From: Eledone cirrhosa
Taxonomy: Eukaryota
Length of the DNA stretch: 64,000 bases
Direction: 5' to 3'
Assembly: GCA_964016885.1 (NCBI GenBank)
Contig: OZ024743.1
Location: forward strand, 244,094,001-244,158,000
The stretch's first letter is position 1. Every line of letters begins with the position of its first letter. The notes beneath the pieces were generated by a model that did not search any database, was not told the DNA's origin, and saw only the letters and a program-made list of their open reading frames with translations. This document shows, piece after piece, positions 27,547 through 39,099 of the stretch. A program made the translations under genes and the position numbers.

Positions 27547-28510
27547 AGGAGGTTATAGTTCACTTGAAGCATTGTGTAATGAGGTATAAACGTTTGAATA
27601 TGTATAATAAAGCCAAAACAATGCAGGTATGGACATAGAATAAAGAATGCAAATGCAAAAGATTTTGTTGACAATAAATGCAACAACTTCTACGTAGGTA
27701 GCACCACCAGACCACTCCACATAAGAATAAAAGAACACCTCAATACTAACGCTTCCTCATTTAAGAAACACCTAGTTAAATGCAAAAACACCGACAAAAC
27801 CATAACAGTTAGGATAGAAACTAAGGAAAGATACCTCGGCAATCTTAGAATTAAGGAAGCACTAATTATAGATAAGACACAACCACCAATCAATAATAGA
27901 CTAGAACTCAACACCCAATTTATAACCTGATAGAGCTTCTAGTCCCATATTTACACACACCTCACACACACACGCACGCACGCACACACACACACACGCT
28001 TACACCTCCACTTATTCTCTCTCACACATACACACACAAAACCAGTTCTAACAAAAGATAACACCTATCCCCCACATTTACGAATAGACTTATCTTCTCA
28101 CACTCACACACACACACACTCACATACTTACACCTTCATGCATTCTCCCACATATTTAAACAGGCATGTATATAAAAAAACAAAAAAAAAACAAAAAAAA
28201 ACAAAAAAAACAAACAAACCCCTTTTAAAGGGAGACTACTCCTTATCCACCTAATTTTAACTCTCTGACATTAGAGATAGAACAGATACTCTATACCATT
28301 TCCTGTCAGCATGACTTGGCAAGCTATTTAGAACGCTGGTTTGAGACTTTTTTTTCTCTCTGAAGAAGAGATATTATCTCGAAAATTAAGGACATTTAAA
28401 TAAATCTAAGGTAAAAGACTAATTGTCAACAATATCTTTTGCATTTGCATTCTTTATTCTATGTCCATACCTGCATTGTTTTGGCTTTATTATACATATT
28501 CAAACGTTTA
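27545..28510 (+). mobile_element. Penelope-like element, 5'-truncated, with an inverted copy of its 3' end at the 5' side; in (TA)n
   Basis: GIY-YIG fragment; about 27587-27675 is the reverse complement of about 28422-28510; degenerate hammerhead CTGAAGA-A-GAGAT ATT ATCTC-GAAA at 28360-28384. Confidence 0.85.
27673..27930 (+). pseudogene. C-terminal part of a Penelope GIY-YIG endonuclease (not in the ORF track, no start codon)
   Basis: Manual translation NKCNNFYVGSTTRPLHIRIKEHLNTNASSFKKHLVKC..LRIKEALIIDKTQPPINNRLE..*: YVG-T-R..R..EH and E..I..P..N motifs. Confidence 0.88.
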
Positions 28511-28534
28511 TATATATATATATATATATAAATA

Positions 28535-28857
28535 ATTGCGTAATTGTTCTCACCACTCCACATAATCACGTATTATCTTCGCTTTTTCCCGTTCATTGCC
28601 AGGGAACGTCTTCACGAACCAAAGTATCGTCTTCCTGTTTTCTTTCGGTTGCAACGTTTTTAGAAATATTTACTTCTGCGTTCACAGATTGATTTTTTTT
28701 ATTTCAGAAGATCCCGTTAAGGGTGAAAGCAGCGATTCTTTGCTTAAACTTTAATCAGTTATTTTAATAAATATTTGCTCTAGGGTTCTTATATATTTGA
28801 TATATATTTTTCCTTATCGAGCCCTCTTTGGATTTTAGTCTTCAAATTTATTATTAT

Positions 28858-28860
<3 letters not shown>
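28535..28860. mobile_element. (TA)n-associated interspersed repeat of unknown class
   Basis: Pieces recur at about 24045-24155 (same strand), 24262-24306 (inverted) and 45221-45305 (inverted), always next to (TA)n. Confidence 0.65.
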
Positions 28861-28928
<68 letters not shown>

Positions 28929-29020
28929 CGTATATATATATATATATAAGTATACAAAGATCGGAATTAAGAGTATTCTGCAGTTCACAGTAATAATAAT
29001 AATAATATTAGCTCAAAGAA

Positions 29021-29064
<44 letters not shown>

Positions 29065-29190
29065 CAAAGGTGTGGCAAGATACCAGGTGGACCATAACGC
29101 ACCAGAGTACTCGATACTTAGGGTAGTAGAGTGGGTAATAGGAAAAGGGCCAGGACCTCAAAGAGTCACTATTCAGCCTTAATATAATGA

Positions 29191-29250
<60 letters not shown>

Positions 29251-29282
29251 AGAAAAATGAGATGAGGTCCTGACTCTTTTCC

Positions 29283-29333
<51 letters not shown>

Positions 29334-29944
29334 CGCAAAATTGTGAGTGGCGCGGTCAGTTATTTGAAAACAATGTAGTATGTGTGACGTCAGTAGGAAA
29401 CTAGCAGGAAAAATGCTATGAATTTAGATATTTCGCTTTACATCTGATTTACAGTTTTAACATTTGTCTTACTGACTGATAAATCAAACGGATGGAAAAA
29501 CGAAAGAAGCAAACAAACCAAACACGAACATCGGTTAATTATCTCCCTATAGATTCTTAAATAATAACATATTTCCACATTCCTGCATACAATCAATCAT
29601 TTAACGAAACCTTTACTTGTCTCTTGTTCATGCTTTTGTATACACACACGCACACACACGCATATATATATGTACACACACATGCATGCACACACACACA
29701 TACACATATATATGTATGTGTGTGTGTGTGTGTGTCTGTGTGTATATATGTTTATATATATATTATGGTATCCCTAAACTGCTTCTATGGTTTATGCTGT
29801 GATCTTTTTCCTGTGGTCATCTCATATATATAATTTAAAGATTATATATCGACAAATGCCTGTCCTGGTTTCCAATAACGCGTGCTTATACTGACCAAAA
29901 TGTTCGAATCTTAACTGAAACTTCGTCTGTACATCTATCTATCT

Positions 29945-32900
29945 CCCTCCAACACCCCATGGAAATTGTGCAGCCTGGTCCCCAGGAGACGAAGAGGTGA
30001 GTGATTTCTTTTCCTCTTCTTTTAACTTTTCAGCACCAACATGGCTAATATAAGAGTTGGATGTGTGAATGTACGCGGCCTGGGGATGCCCTGGAAACAG
30101 GGCAAACTCTTAAACGACCTCAGGTCGCACACCATGGATGTAGTAGCCATTTGCGAGTCCAGGATCCACAGCGAGCGACAACTGGCCCCCATTTTCGATG
30201 ACTTTGAGATCTACGCATCTCTCTGTCAGCCGGGAGGTGGGGGTGGGGTTGCCGTTTTGCTGCGGAAACACCTGGACCTCGTAACACAGACGGTATATCT
30301 GGACCCGGAGGGTCGACTGGTGGTCCTAGACGTTGACGGTAGTGAAGGTGGAGCCTTCAGGCTGGTGGCCGCATATGCCCCATCCGGGACACCGCGGCCA
30401 GACTTCTTCAAATGTCTAGATACTTTTCTGGGAATCTCCCGCTCCTTGCTTTTAGTGGGGGACTGGAATGGAATCCTAGATGCACGTTGGGACTATGTGG
30501 GAGCATGTCCCGATAAAGGGGGGTGTAACAGCCTCAAACAGTTAATCGGCCGATTTGACCTGGCCGATAGATATCGACTAAATTTTCCGACTGTGCCACT
30601 GTGGACGTGGAGTAATCGTAGCGGAACATCTAGATCGTACCTAGATAGGGTTCTAGTTAGAAATAAAGATAGGGACATGTTAAGGTGTCCACACATGTTC
30701 ATGGTTGCCTATTCAGATCACAAACTAGTCACCTGCATGGTCAACCTTGATAGAACCCATAGACAAGGACCCGGCTACTGGAAGCTGAACTTGTCGTTAC
30801 CGACATGCAAAGCCTACAGTAGACGGATTAGCACTTTAGTTAAGCTGCACTTGACGGGGGCCATTGTCAACAACAAATGGTGGTACTCTCGCAAGAGGGC
30901 AGTTAGATTAGACTCGATAGGTTTTAGTAAAGAATTAGTGTTAGATAGAAATAAGGCCGAAAAGGAAACTGGTAGATAAAGTAGAAGAGGCAGCGTGACA
31001 GCGTGCTAGCGTGACAGCGTGCTAGCGACGAGAACGGCCTTGGACCAGTTCTTCCTACACAAAGCATGAAGGCTGCGTTGTCAGAAGCAAAATACGTGCT
31101 CTTTTAACGAGGGAGCCAAAGCTGTTAGCTGGGACCGAGTGACGGAGGCGAAAAGTGGCAACCAGTCCACGATTCGGTCTTTGCGCGGCCTTTCAGTGGC
31201 ACTTTGCTCAACTGTTCGGGCAGGGCGGAGCGCCGGGAGGGGCTATGGATTTCGGTTCATACCTCGACAGCCTACCGCAACTCTCGGATTGCGAGGCGGA
31301 GTTCTGCGAAAGGCCGATTTCGGCCGCTGAGATAGGGGACGCGCTGAGCCAATGCGGCAAACGCAAATCTCCAGGTCTCGACGGTCTACCCTACGAATTT
31401 TACGTAGCAATGCCGGACTTGTTCTCCGGTCTCCTGGAAGCTGTCTACTGCAACTGGCAGCAGAACGGGAGAATTCCCAGTTCTGTGACCAAGGGCGTAA
31501 TCACGTTAGTCAGGAAGGACGAGAACAAGGAGGATGACATAGGCAACGTCCGGCCCATAACTCTGCTCAACACAGAGTTACAGATTTTGGCCAAGGTGTT
31601 GGCAAAGAGGCTGGCGCTTGTCGTCGAAAACCTGGTGGGAGAAGCGCAGACATGCGCAATCCAGACCAGGTCCATACACGACAACCTCCACCTCATGCGA
31701 TACATCATAGAGAGGGTAGGGTGTAAACCCGGCTTCGGTGGGGTTATGATCAACTTGGATAAGTCTAAGGCTTTCGATAGGGTTGACCATCGTTACCTGG
31801 ATGCGGTGCTCGAGGCGGCAGGCTTCGGTCCCGTGTTCAGGGGCTGGGTTGCTGCAATGCACAACAGCAACATCTGCTCAAGGGTCAAGATGAACGGCTA
31901 CCTCTCGGAGCCGTTCCATATCACGCGATCCATCCGACAGGGATGCCCTCTCTCCTCCCTTCTGTACGTACTGACTCTCGAGCCACTACTGCGAAGTTGG
32001 AGCTATTGCAGGGCATCCATTTGGAACCGGGACTGCGAAAAGCGGCGTGACAGTAATGGTCTCGAGCACCTCGTAAATCGGGGAGTTCGGCACCTCACTG
32101 GAGGAATACGAAAGGTTCACAGGAGCGAAGCTGAACCGGGACAAATCCGTCGGTTTGCAAACCGATGCCTTCCGTTAACGTCGTCGGAAGGACCGGTAAA
32201 GCTGCTCGGGGTCTGGTTTGGTCCTGACCTCCAAGTGGAGAAGAACTGGAACGAGGTGACGGCCAAGGTGTTTGCGCTCACCCAGAAGTGGGCCGAGTGC
32301 AAACTATCCTTGAAAGGTCGAGCGGAGGTGGCGAACATTTTTATAGCGTCCGTCATCTACTACCGCTTGACCGTTGTGCCTTGTCCAGCCAAAACGCTCA
32401 CCAAAATGGAGCGCGCGCTCTTCCAATTCCTTTGGAAGAAACGGGTTCCTTTGGTGAGAAGAACCATCTGCTGCCAACACCCTTCAAACGGAGGGCTGGG
32501 TATTCCGTGGCTGACGATGCGCAAACACGCGCTCAGGCTGCGGCACCTCCACGTATTCCTCACCAGACAACCGGTGTGGGCCCCGTTCGTGAGGCGAGCC
32601 TTCCGACGACTCGTCTCGCTGACCGAGCTGCAGACCTGGGTCAAGCAAAGACCGTGGAAAATGGGCGACTGGCATATCGAATGTGCTCAGGCACTCATAG
32701 TCCTCTGGCAAACGGACCCGGCGATCAGTGGAGACTCCACTTCGACATTCTATAGAGGGTTAGTCCGCAGCAAGTGCGACGACACGCTCGGAGAAACTCT
32801 AGGCGTAGAGGAGGACGAACTGGCCAGTCTGTTCGGTAGGACAACTTCCAAAAGTCCCTAGCCTGGCAGTGCGACCGAGGAGACCGTCGCACACGCATTT

Positions 32901-33503
32901 ATACACTGCCCGGGCCTTACCGACCTGTGGGGCTCTGTAGAACGACTATTGTCGCGGGTGGGACCAATCCAGTTGACCACCGAGTCCATTGTCATGATCA
33001 AACCGCCACCCTCCTTCAAAAACGAGAGAGAGGCGGTTTTCCTATATGTTATGGCTATGGTGAAAGAGGTTATATGGTGGACGAGGTTAAAAGAGCTGAG
33101 GTCAGACAACTTTCTCTTCGGCGTGCAACTGATTCGTTTTTTCCAATATCATTTTGGAATAAGAATCAGGATGGAGAGAGAGGGGCTGTACCCCAGCAAA
33201 TTTTATAAAATGTGGGTGAATGTGGCAAAGATGGCCCGAGTGGTTGGGCCTTCTCTCTATATAAGCCTGTAGGTTGAAGAAAAAGAGGAAGAGAGGAAGG
33301 GAGTACTCACGCTTGGTGCTCCTGGAGATGGGGGTTCTACATTTTTTCGGGGTGTGTACAACCCCTGTGTAACACCTGCCCCCTATTGGGGATTTCAATT
33401 GTTATTTGTTATTGTATTAATAGTTTTCTTTTCATATACCTGTATGTAAACTCCCCATTTGTATTTGTCCCCTTCTTTTGTGCCCTTGTGGCTAATAAAG
33501 AAA
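29945..33503 (+). mobile_element. Tx1 family B (variant 3' UTR), truncated within the last codons of ORF1; ORF2 30041-33272 disrupted
   Basis: MANIRVGCVNVRGL..ICES..LVGDWN..SYLDR..YSDH APE domain; RT KSPGLDG, KAFDRV, RQGCPLS; flanked by ATCTATCT. Confidence 0.95.
30041..30979 (+). CDS. APE-type endonuclease domain of Tx1 ORF2 (open for 312 aa, then frameshifted)
   Basis: L1-endonuclease motifs present (NVRG, E, GDWN, DR, SDH). Confidence 0.85.
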   Translation: MANIRVGCVNVRGLGMPWKQGKLLNDLRSHTMDVVAICESRIHSERQLAPIFDDFEIYASLCQPGGGGGVAVLLRKHLDLVTQTVYLDPEGRLVVLDVDGSEGGAFRLVAAYAPSGTPRPDFFKCLDTFLGISRSLLLVGDWNGILDARWDYVGACPDKGGCNSLKQLIGRFDLADRYRLNFPTVPLWTWSNRSGTSRSYLDRVLVRNKDRDMLRCPHMFMVAYSDHKLVTCMVNLDRTHRQGPGYWKLNLSLPTCKAYSRRISTLVKLHLTGAIVNNKWWYSRKRAVRLDSIGFSKELVLDRNKAEKETGR

Positions 33504-33529
33504 TTTATCTATCTATCTGTCTTATCTCT

Positions 33530-36500
33530 AGGATAGACACATGTGTTAAACTTGCTCGGTAAGTTTTGTTTAAATTTCTTTAGAAATTCGTCATTGGGAA
33601 CTTCTATTTTTATACCAATTTGTAGAGGGAGTGGCAGGTCAAATTTTGATCTGGTCAGTCTCCCAAAATATCATGCCTCTCAGGGCAAAAACATCCAACA
33701 TATTTTCGAAAGATTTTTGCAAAACACTTCAATTTAAAAAAAATGGCCGAAGCAAAGGCACCTACTTCTTTGTCAATACAAGAAGATGGGAAGGGAAAGC
33801 CATGCCTACTTGACCAGCAGATAGTAGCAGACATGGACAAAGGAATGCCAACATTATCGCCTCAATATTTAGAAGCAGAACAAGCTTCAGCTGCTTGTAA
33901 GCAACTGAACACGCCTGACGTCACAAACGTCACATGTATCCACACACAGAAGGAAGAATGTGTAGCAAATACTAACACCACCACAAGCAACAACAACAAC
34001 AACACAATAAATGAGAACAACAACAATACAACAAAAGGAATAAGCGGCCACACAACGAATGAGACCATCATCACCACTAACAACAACAATAAAAAAAATG
34101 TCATTTGCAGCAACAGGATTTTAAATATTACCGCATGGACATTTCCCCAAAGTCCCAAAATTTGGAAGATGCTTCCAACTATGTGACGTTTGAGGGAGAC
34201 ACCCCACACATACACATACCCCCACAAGTAAGAGAGATGACACAGAAAAAGAAACTGATCTACAGAACAGCTGACATCATCACCAAAAAACCCATAACGC
34301 TCCCAACAAGCACTATTGAAGTTGCACTAAAAGATATCAAGCTAGACGTGGCATACCTCCAAAGAGCTAAACAGTATGGAAGTGTGTCAGTGCTCTTTAA
34401 GAGCGAAACTCTGGCTCAAAAACACTTGGTTCACCCAATAAAAACGGATCAACACATCTTCTTCCCCACATACATGGGAAGAAGATCCTACAAAATAAAA
34501 ATAACCAGGATCCCAGCAGTGGTCAACATATGGTGGATCCTACGCTGCACCCTGAAGGATGAGGACACCCTCCTATCTGTAGACCGGAATAACTGGTTTG
34601 GAACCTGCATCGACGTTCTGGTACAAATGAGGCCAGAGAGAGTTGAGAAAATTCCGGACAGGATCGTCCTTGAGGGGAAAAGACCTCAGTGTCATAAGTG
34701 TGGGAAAACCACACACTTACAGGCCTTCTTAAACAAACCGAGGACAAACAAGGGGTTATTACCAACACCAAAACCCCAACATCAACACCCCAAACCAAAC
34801 ACAACACAAAAACCTGCAACATCCACTCCCACACCACCACAGCTCAGAGACAACCACGCACACAGCATCCGACTGAAAACCCCTCCATTGCCTCCTCTCT
34901 CCCTGTCAAATAATTCCACAAACACCTGCACAAACACTCCACCACACAACATACCCCTCCCATTTACCCCTGATTCAGAAGTCTCAGACACGGGAACCTC
35001 TACATCTCCAAGTGAGAATGAAGAGGAACCCCAAAAATCCTAAAAATAAAAAAGAGACAAAAAAAGCACAAAAACATCTACAAAAAACACGCACACACCC
35101 AACCCCACCATAAACACACCGCCACAAACGACAAACACACCAACAACACAATCACCACCAACACAACCAAACACTTCACCAACAAAACAAACACCCACAC
35201 CAACCCCAGCCACAAAAAGAAAACTACAAACAGAAACAGTACACATAAAAACAAAACACATTACACATACATAAAAACAACAAACAAAGAACTAGTAGAA
35301 ACTGTCCGAAAGGACCCTACTATCCAAACGGAAGGGAAAACCTTCCCCACCAACGACGCACCCCCAAACCTCAAACTGATCAGGGTAACAACCCTACAAC
35401 ATGAAACATTGAAAGGGACCTTCCCACATGATGTGGGCTCCCCTTGCCAAAAGACCCTTAACCGTGTCCTGCTAAAAGGATTCCATCCCTCCCCAAACAC
35501 CCTCAATCTGGACATGGAGTTCGAACAATCCGACCTCCAGGAAACGAAAAGGTAAGTGTTCCTGCCTTTTCTCTCCCTAACTCTTCTTCACCAACATGGC
35601 GACTATACAAGTTGGATGTTTGAATGTACGTGGCCTGGGCATGCCCTGGAAACAGGCCAGCTTTTAAATGATCTCAGGTCACATTGTATAGATGTGATAG
35701 CCATCACCGAGTCCAGGATTCACGACCAGCAGCAGCTAACCCCCATGTTCGATGACTTTGAGATCTACGCATCTCTCTGTCAGTCATGAGGTGGAGGGGA
35801 GTTGCTGTTCTGTTTCGAAAAAACTTGGATCTCAAAGCACAGACGATTCACTTGGGCCCAGGGAGCAGCTTGGTGGTCCTGGACGTGAATGGTAGTGAAG
35901 GTGGAGCTTTCAGACTGGTGGCCGTATATGCCCCGACCAGAGTTCTTCAAGCGTCTGGAGCCATTCCTGGGAACGTCTCGCTCCTTAGTGTTAGCGGGGG
36001 ACTGGAATGGCATCGTAGATGCACATTGGGACTATGTAGGAGCTTGTGATAATAAAGGGGGGTGTAATAGCCTAAAAAATCTAGATATCGACTAGACTTC
36101 TCAAGTGTACCACTGTGGAAGTGGAGCAACCGCACTGGGTCTTCTAGATCGTATTTAAATTGATTTTTAATTAGACAGAATGATAAGGAAACATTAAACT
36201 GTCCACAAATGCACATGGTTGCCTATTCAGACCACAAATTAGTCACCTGCGTAGTCAACCTTGATAGAACACATAGACAGGGACCCGGATACTGGAAGCT
36301 AAGCATGTCGCTTCCGGTGCGTAAGGCCTACAGTAAACGGATTAGCACCTTAGTTAAGTGCCAGTTGACGGGGGCGATCGTCTACAACAGGTGGTGGAGC
36401 TCTCTCAAGAGAGTAATTAGAATAGAATCGATAGCATTTAGAAAGGAAGTAGCTTTAGAAAAAAACAAAACCGTAAAGGAATTGGTAGCTAAAGTAAAAG

Positions 36501-38772
36501 AGGCACTTAGGAATGGCAGTACAGCTGACATACTAGCGGCGAGAACAGCACTAGACCAGTTCTTCAACGTGAAACACGACGTGCTCTAAGAAACGAGAGA
36601 GCGAAAGCTGTTAGCTGGGCCTGAGTGGCAGAGACGAAAAATGGAAACAAATCCACAATTCGGTCTTTGCAAGACAAAGATGCACGCATTCTACTTGAAT
36701 CCAAGCAGATGTGCACGGCTTTCCAGCAGCATTTTGCACAACTGTTCGGGCAAAGCGGTACGTCAAGGGAGGTGATGGACTTCAGCTCCTACCTCGACGG
36801 CGAACCACGACTTTCCAGCACGGATGCAGAGCTGCGAAAGGCCGATCATAGTGGGCGAAATAGAAGATGTCCTAGGCCGCTGTGAGAAACGCAAATCACC
36901 CAGTTTAGATGGTCTACCCTATGAGTTTTACATAGGCATGCCAGACTTGTTCTCTGGCGCCCTCGAAGCGGTCTACTGCAACTGGCAGCAGAACGGGAGG
37001 ATTCCCAGTTTTGTAGGCAGAGGCGTAGTAACGCTGATCAGGAAAGATGAAAACAAGGGGGATGAGATAAGCAATTTCAGGCCCATAACTCTGCTCAACA
37101 CAGAGTTAAGATTTTGGCCAAGGTGTTAGCAGCGAGGCTGGCGCTTGTCGTCGGGAACCTGGTAAGGGAAGCGCAAACGTGTGCAATCCCGACCAGGTCC
37201 ATATATGACAACCTCCACCTCATGCGATACATCATAGAGAGGGTAGAGTGTAAACCTGGCTTCGGTGGGGCTCTGATTAATTTAGATCAGTCTAAGGCAT
37301 TTGATAGGGTCGACCATCAATACTTGGAAGCGGTTCTCAAGGCGGCCGGCTTCGGTCCCGTCTTCAGAGGCTGGATCGCTGCCATGCGCACAAGCATCTT
37401 TTCGGCAGTCAAGGTGAATGGCTACCTACCGGAGCCATTCCAAATCATGCGTTCCATCCGTAGGGGGTATCCTCTCTCCCCCATTATGTATGTACTGACT
37501 CTCGAGCCATTACTGCAGAAGGTGGAGCTGTTGCAGGGCATATCGTCCGTCATCTACTACCGCTTGACAGTCATGCCTTGTCCCCGCGAATACCTCACCA
37601 AAATGGAACGCCTACTCTTCAAGTTCCTCTGGAAGAAACAGGCTCCATTGGTGAGGAGTCCCTCTGCTGTCAACACCCTTCTAACGGAGGGCTGGGCAAG
37701 CCGTGGCTGATGATGTGCAAACACACGCTGAGGCTACGCCATCTCCAACCAGTGTGGTTGTCGTTTGTGAGACGAGCTCTTCCACAACTCGTCTCACTAA
37801 CAGAGCTGCAGTCCTGGGTCAAGCGAAGACCGAAAATGGGCGCCTGGCACCTCGAGTGCCTTCAGGCGCACACAGCCCTCTACTAAGCGGAAACGGCAAT
37901 CAGCGGAGATTCCACTTCGACATTCTATAGCGGATTAGTGGAGAATAAGTGCGACGACGTTCTCGGGGAAACTCTAGGCATCGAGGAAGACGAACTGACC
38001 AGTCTGTTCGGGAGGACTTTCCGTCCAGGGCATATGGATAACTTCCACAGGCCTGGCAGTGCTACCGAGCTCTACTAGTTTGAGACAAAGTCTACAGGCA
38101 CGTACGCCCTGGCAGAGATCCTGCCAAAAGGGCCTGTCCAAGATGTGAGCAGGACATCGAAACCGTTCTGCACGCAATTGTTCAGTGCCCAGGGGTGACC
38201 GACCTGTGGAATTATGTCGAACAGCTACTGTCACGTGTAGGACGCATCCAGTTGTCAGCCGAGTCCATCGTGAGGATCACCCCGCCGCCTTCATTTAAGA
38301 ATGAAAGAGAGACGGTCTTCCTCTGTCTGGTGGCTATGGCGAAAGAGGTAATATGGTGAACGAGGTTAAAAGGACTGAGGGCAAGCACCTTTCTCTCCGG
38401 ACAATAACTCATCCCCTTCTTTAAGTAGCACTTCAGAAGGAAGGTGAGAGTGGAGAGAGAGGTGCTACACCCCAGTAAATTCGCTGAAAGGTGGGTGAAT
38501 GTGGCCACTCTGTATATAAACCTGTAGGTTAAGGAAGATAGAGGGAAGACGGGAACACCTACAAAACGTGTTCCTGGTGTTGAGGGTTGTTCTATCCACA
38601 GGGTTGCAAAACAACCCCGCAGTAACGTTACCCACCCCTCATAATGGGGATTTCAATTGTTTTATTTTTATATAGTTTGTTATTTATCATTGTTAAAGAT
38701 TTTATGTAAAACCCCCGCCGTCACGTTTTGTAAAGTCCTATTTTTGTACGCCCATGTGGCAAATAAAGAAAG
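33530..38772 (+). mobile_element. Tx1 family C, full length, decayed (ORF1 33743-35555, ORF2 35596-38527)
   Basis: ORF1 LQRAKQYGSVSVLFKSE, FFPTYMG, CHKCGKTTH knuckle; ORF2 APE and RT fragments; 3' end AATAAAGAAAGAT(ATCT)n. Confidence 0.93.
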
Positions 38773-38773
38773 A

Positions 38774-38808
<35 letters not shown>

Positions 38809-39010
38809 TTCTTCGTACTCCTGGAGATGAGGGTTGCACATTTTTTCGGGGGTATGTGTTACCCATATGAACTGTTTCCCCCCTATTGGGGAAAATCGAC
38901 TAATTTTTTAAATTGCATTTGTGATAACATTTTACACGTTTTTATTGTATGTAAACTTCCTCCTTTGTATTTGTCCCCTTCTTTTGTGCCCCTGTGGCTA
39001 ATAAAGAAAC
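38809..39010 (+). mobile_element. Tx1 family B 3' UTR fragment within (TCTA)n
   Basis: Matches the family B 3' UTR. Confidence 0.9.
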
Positions 39011-39011
39011 A

Positions 39012-39096
<85 letters not shown>

Positions 39097-39099
39097 GAC

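Noticed and set aside
28704-28740. Hammerhead-like CAGAAGA-TCCC GTTAA GGGT-GAAA (also about 24095-24120)
   Set aside because: Both copies have CAGA instead of CUGA and no stem I or III could be formed
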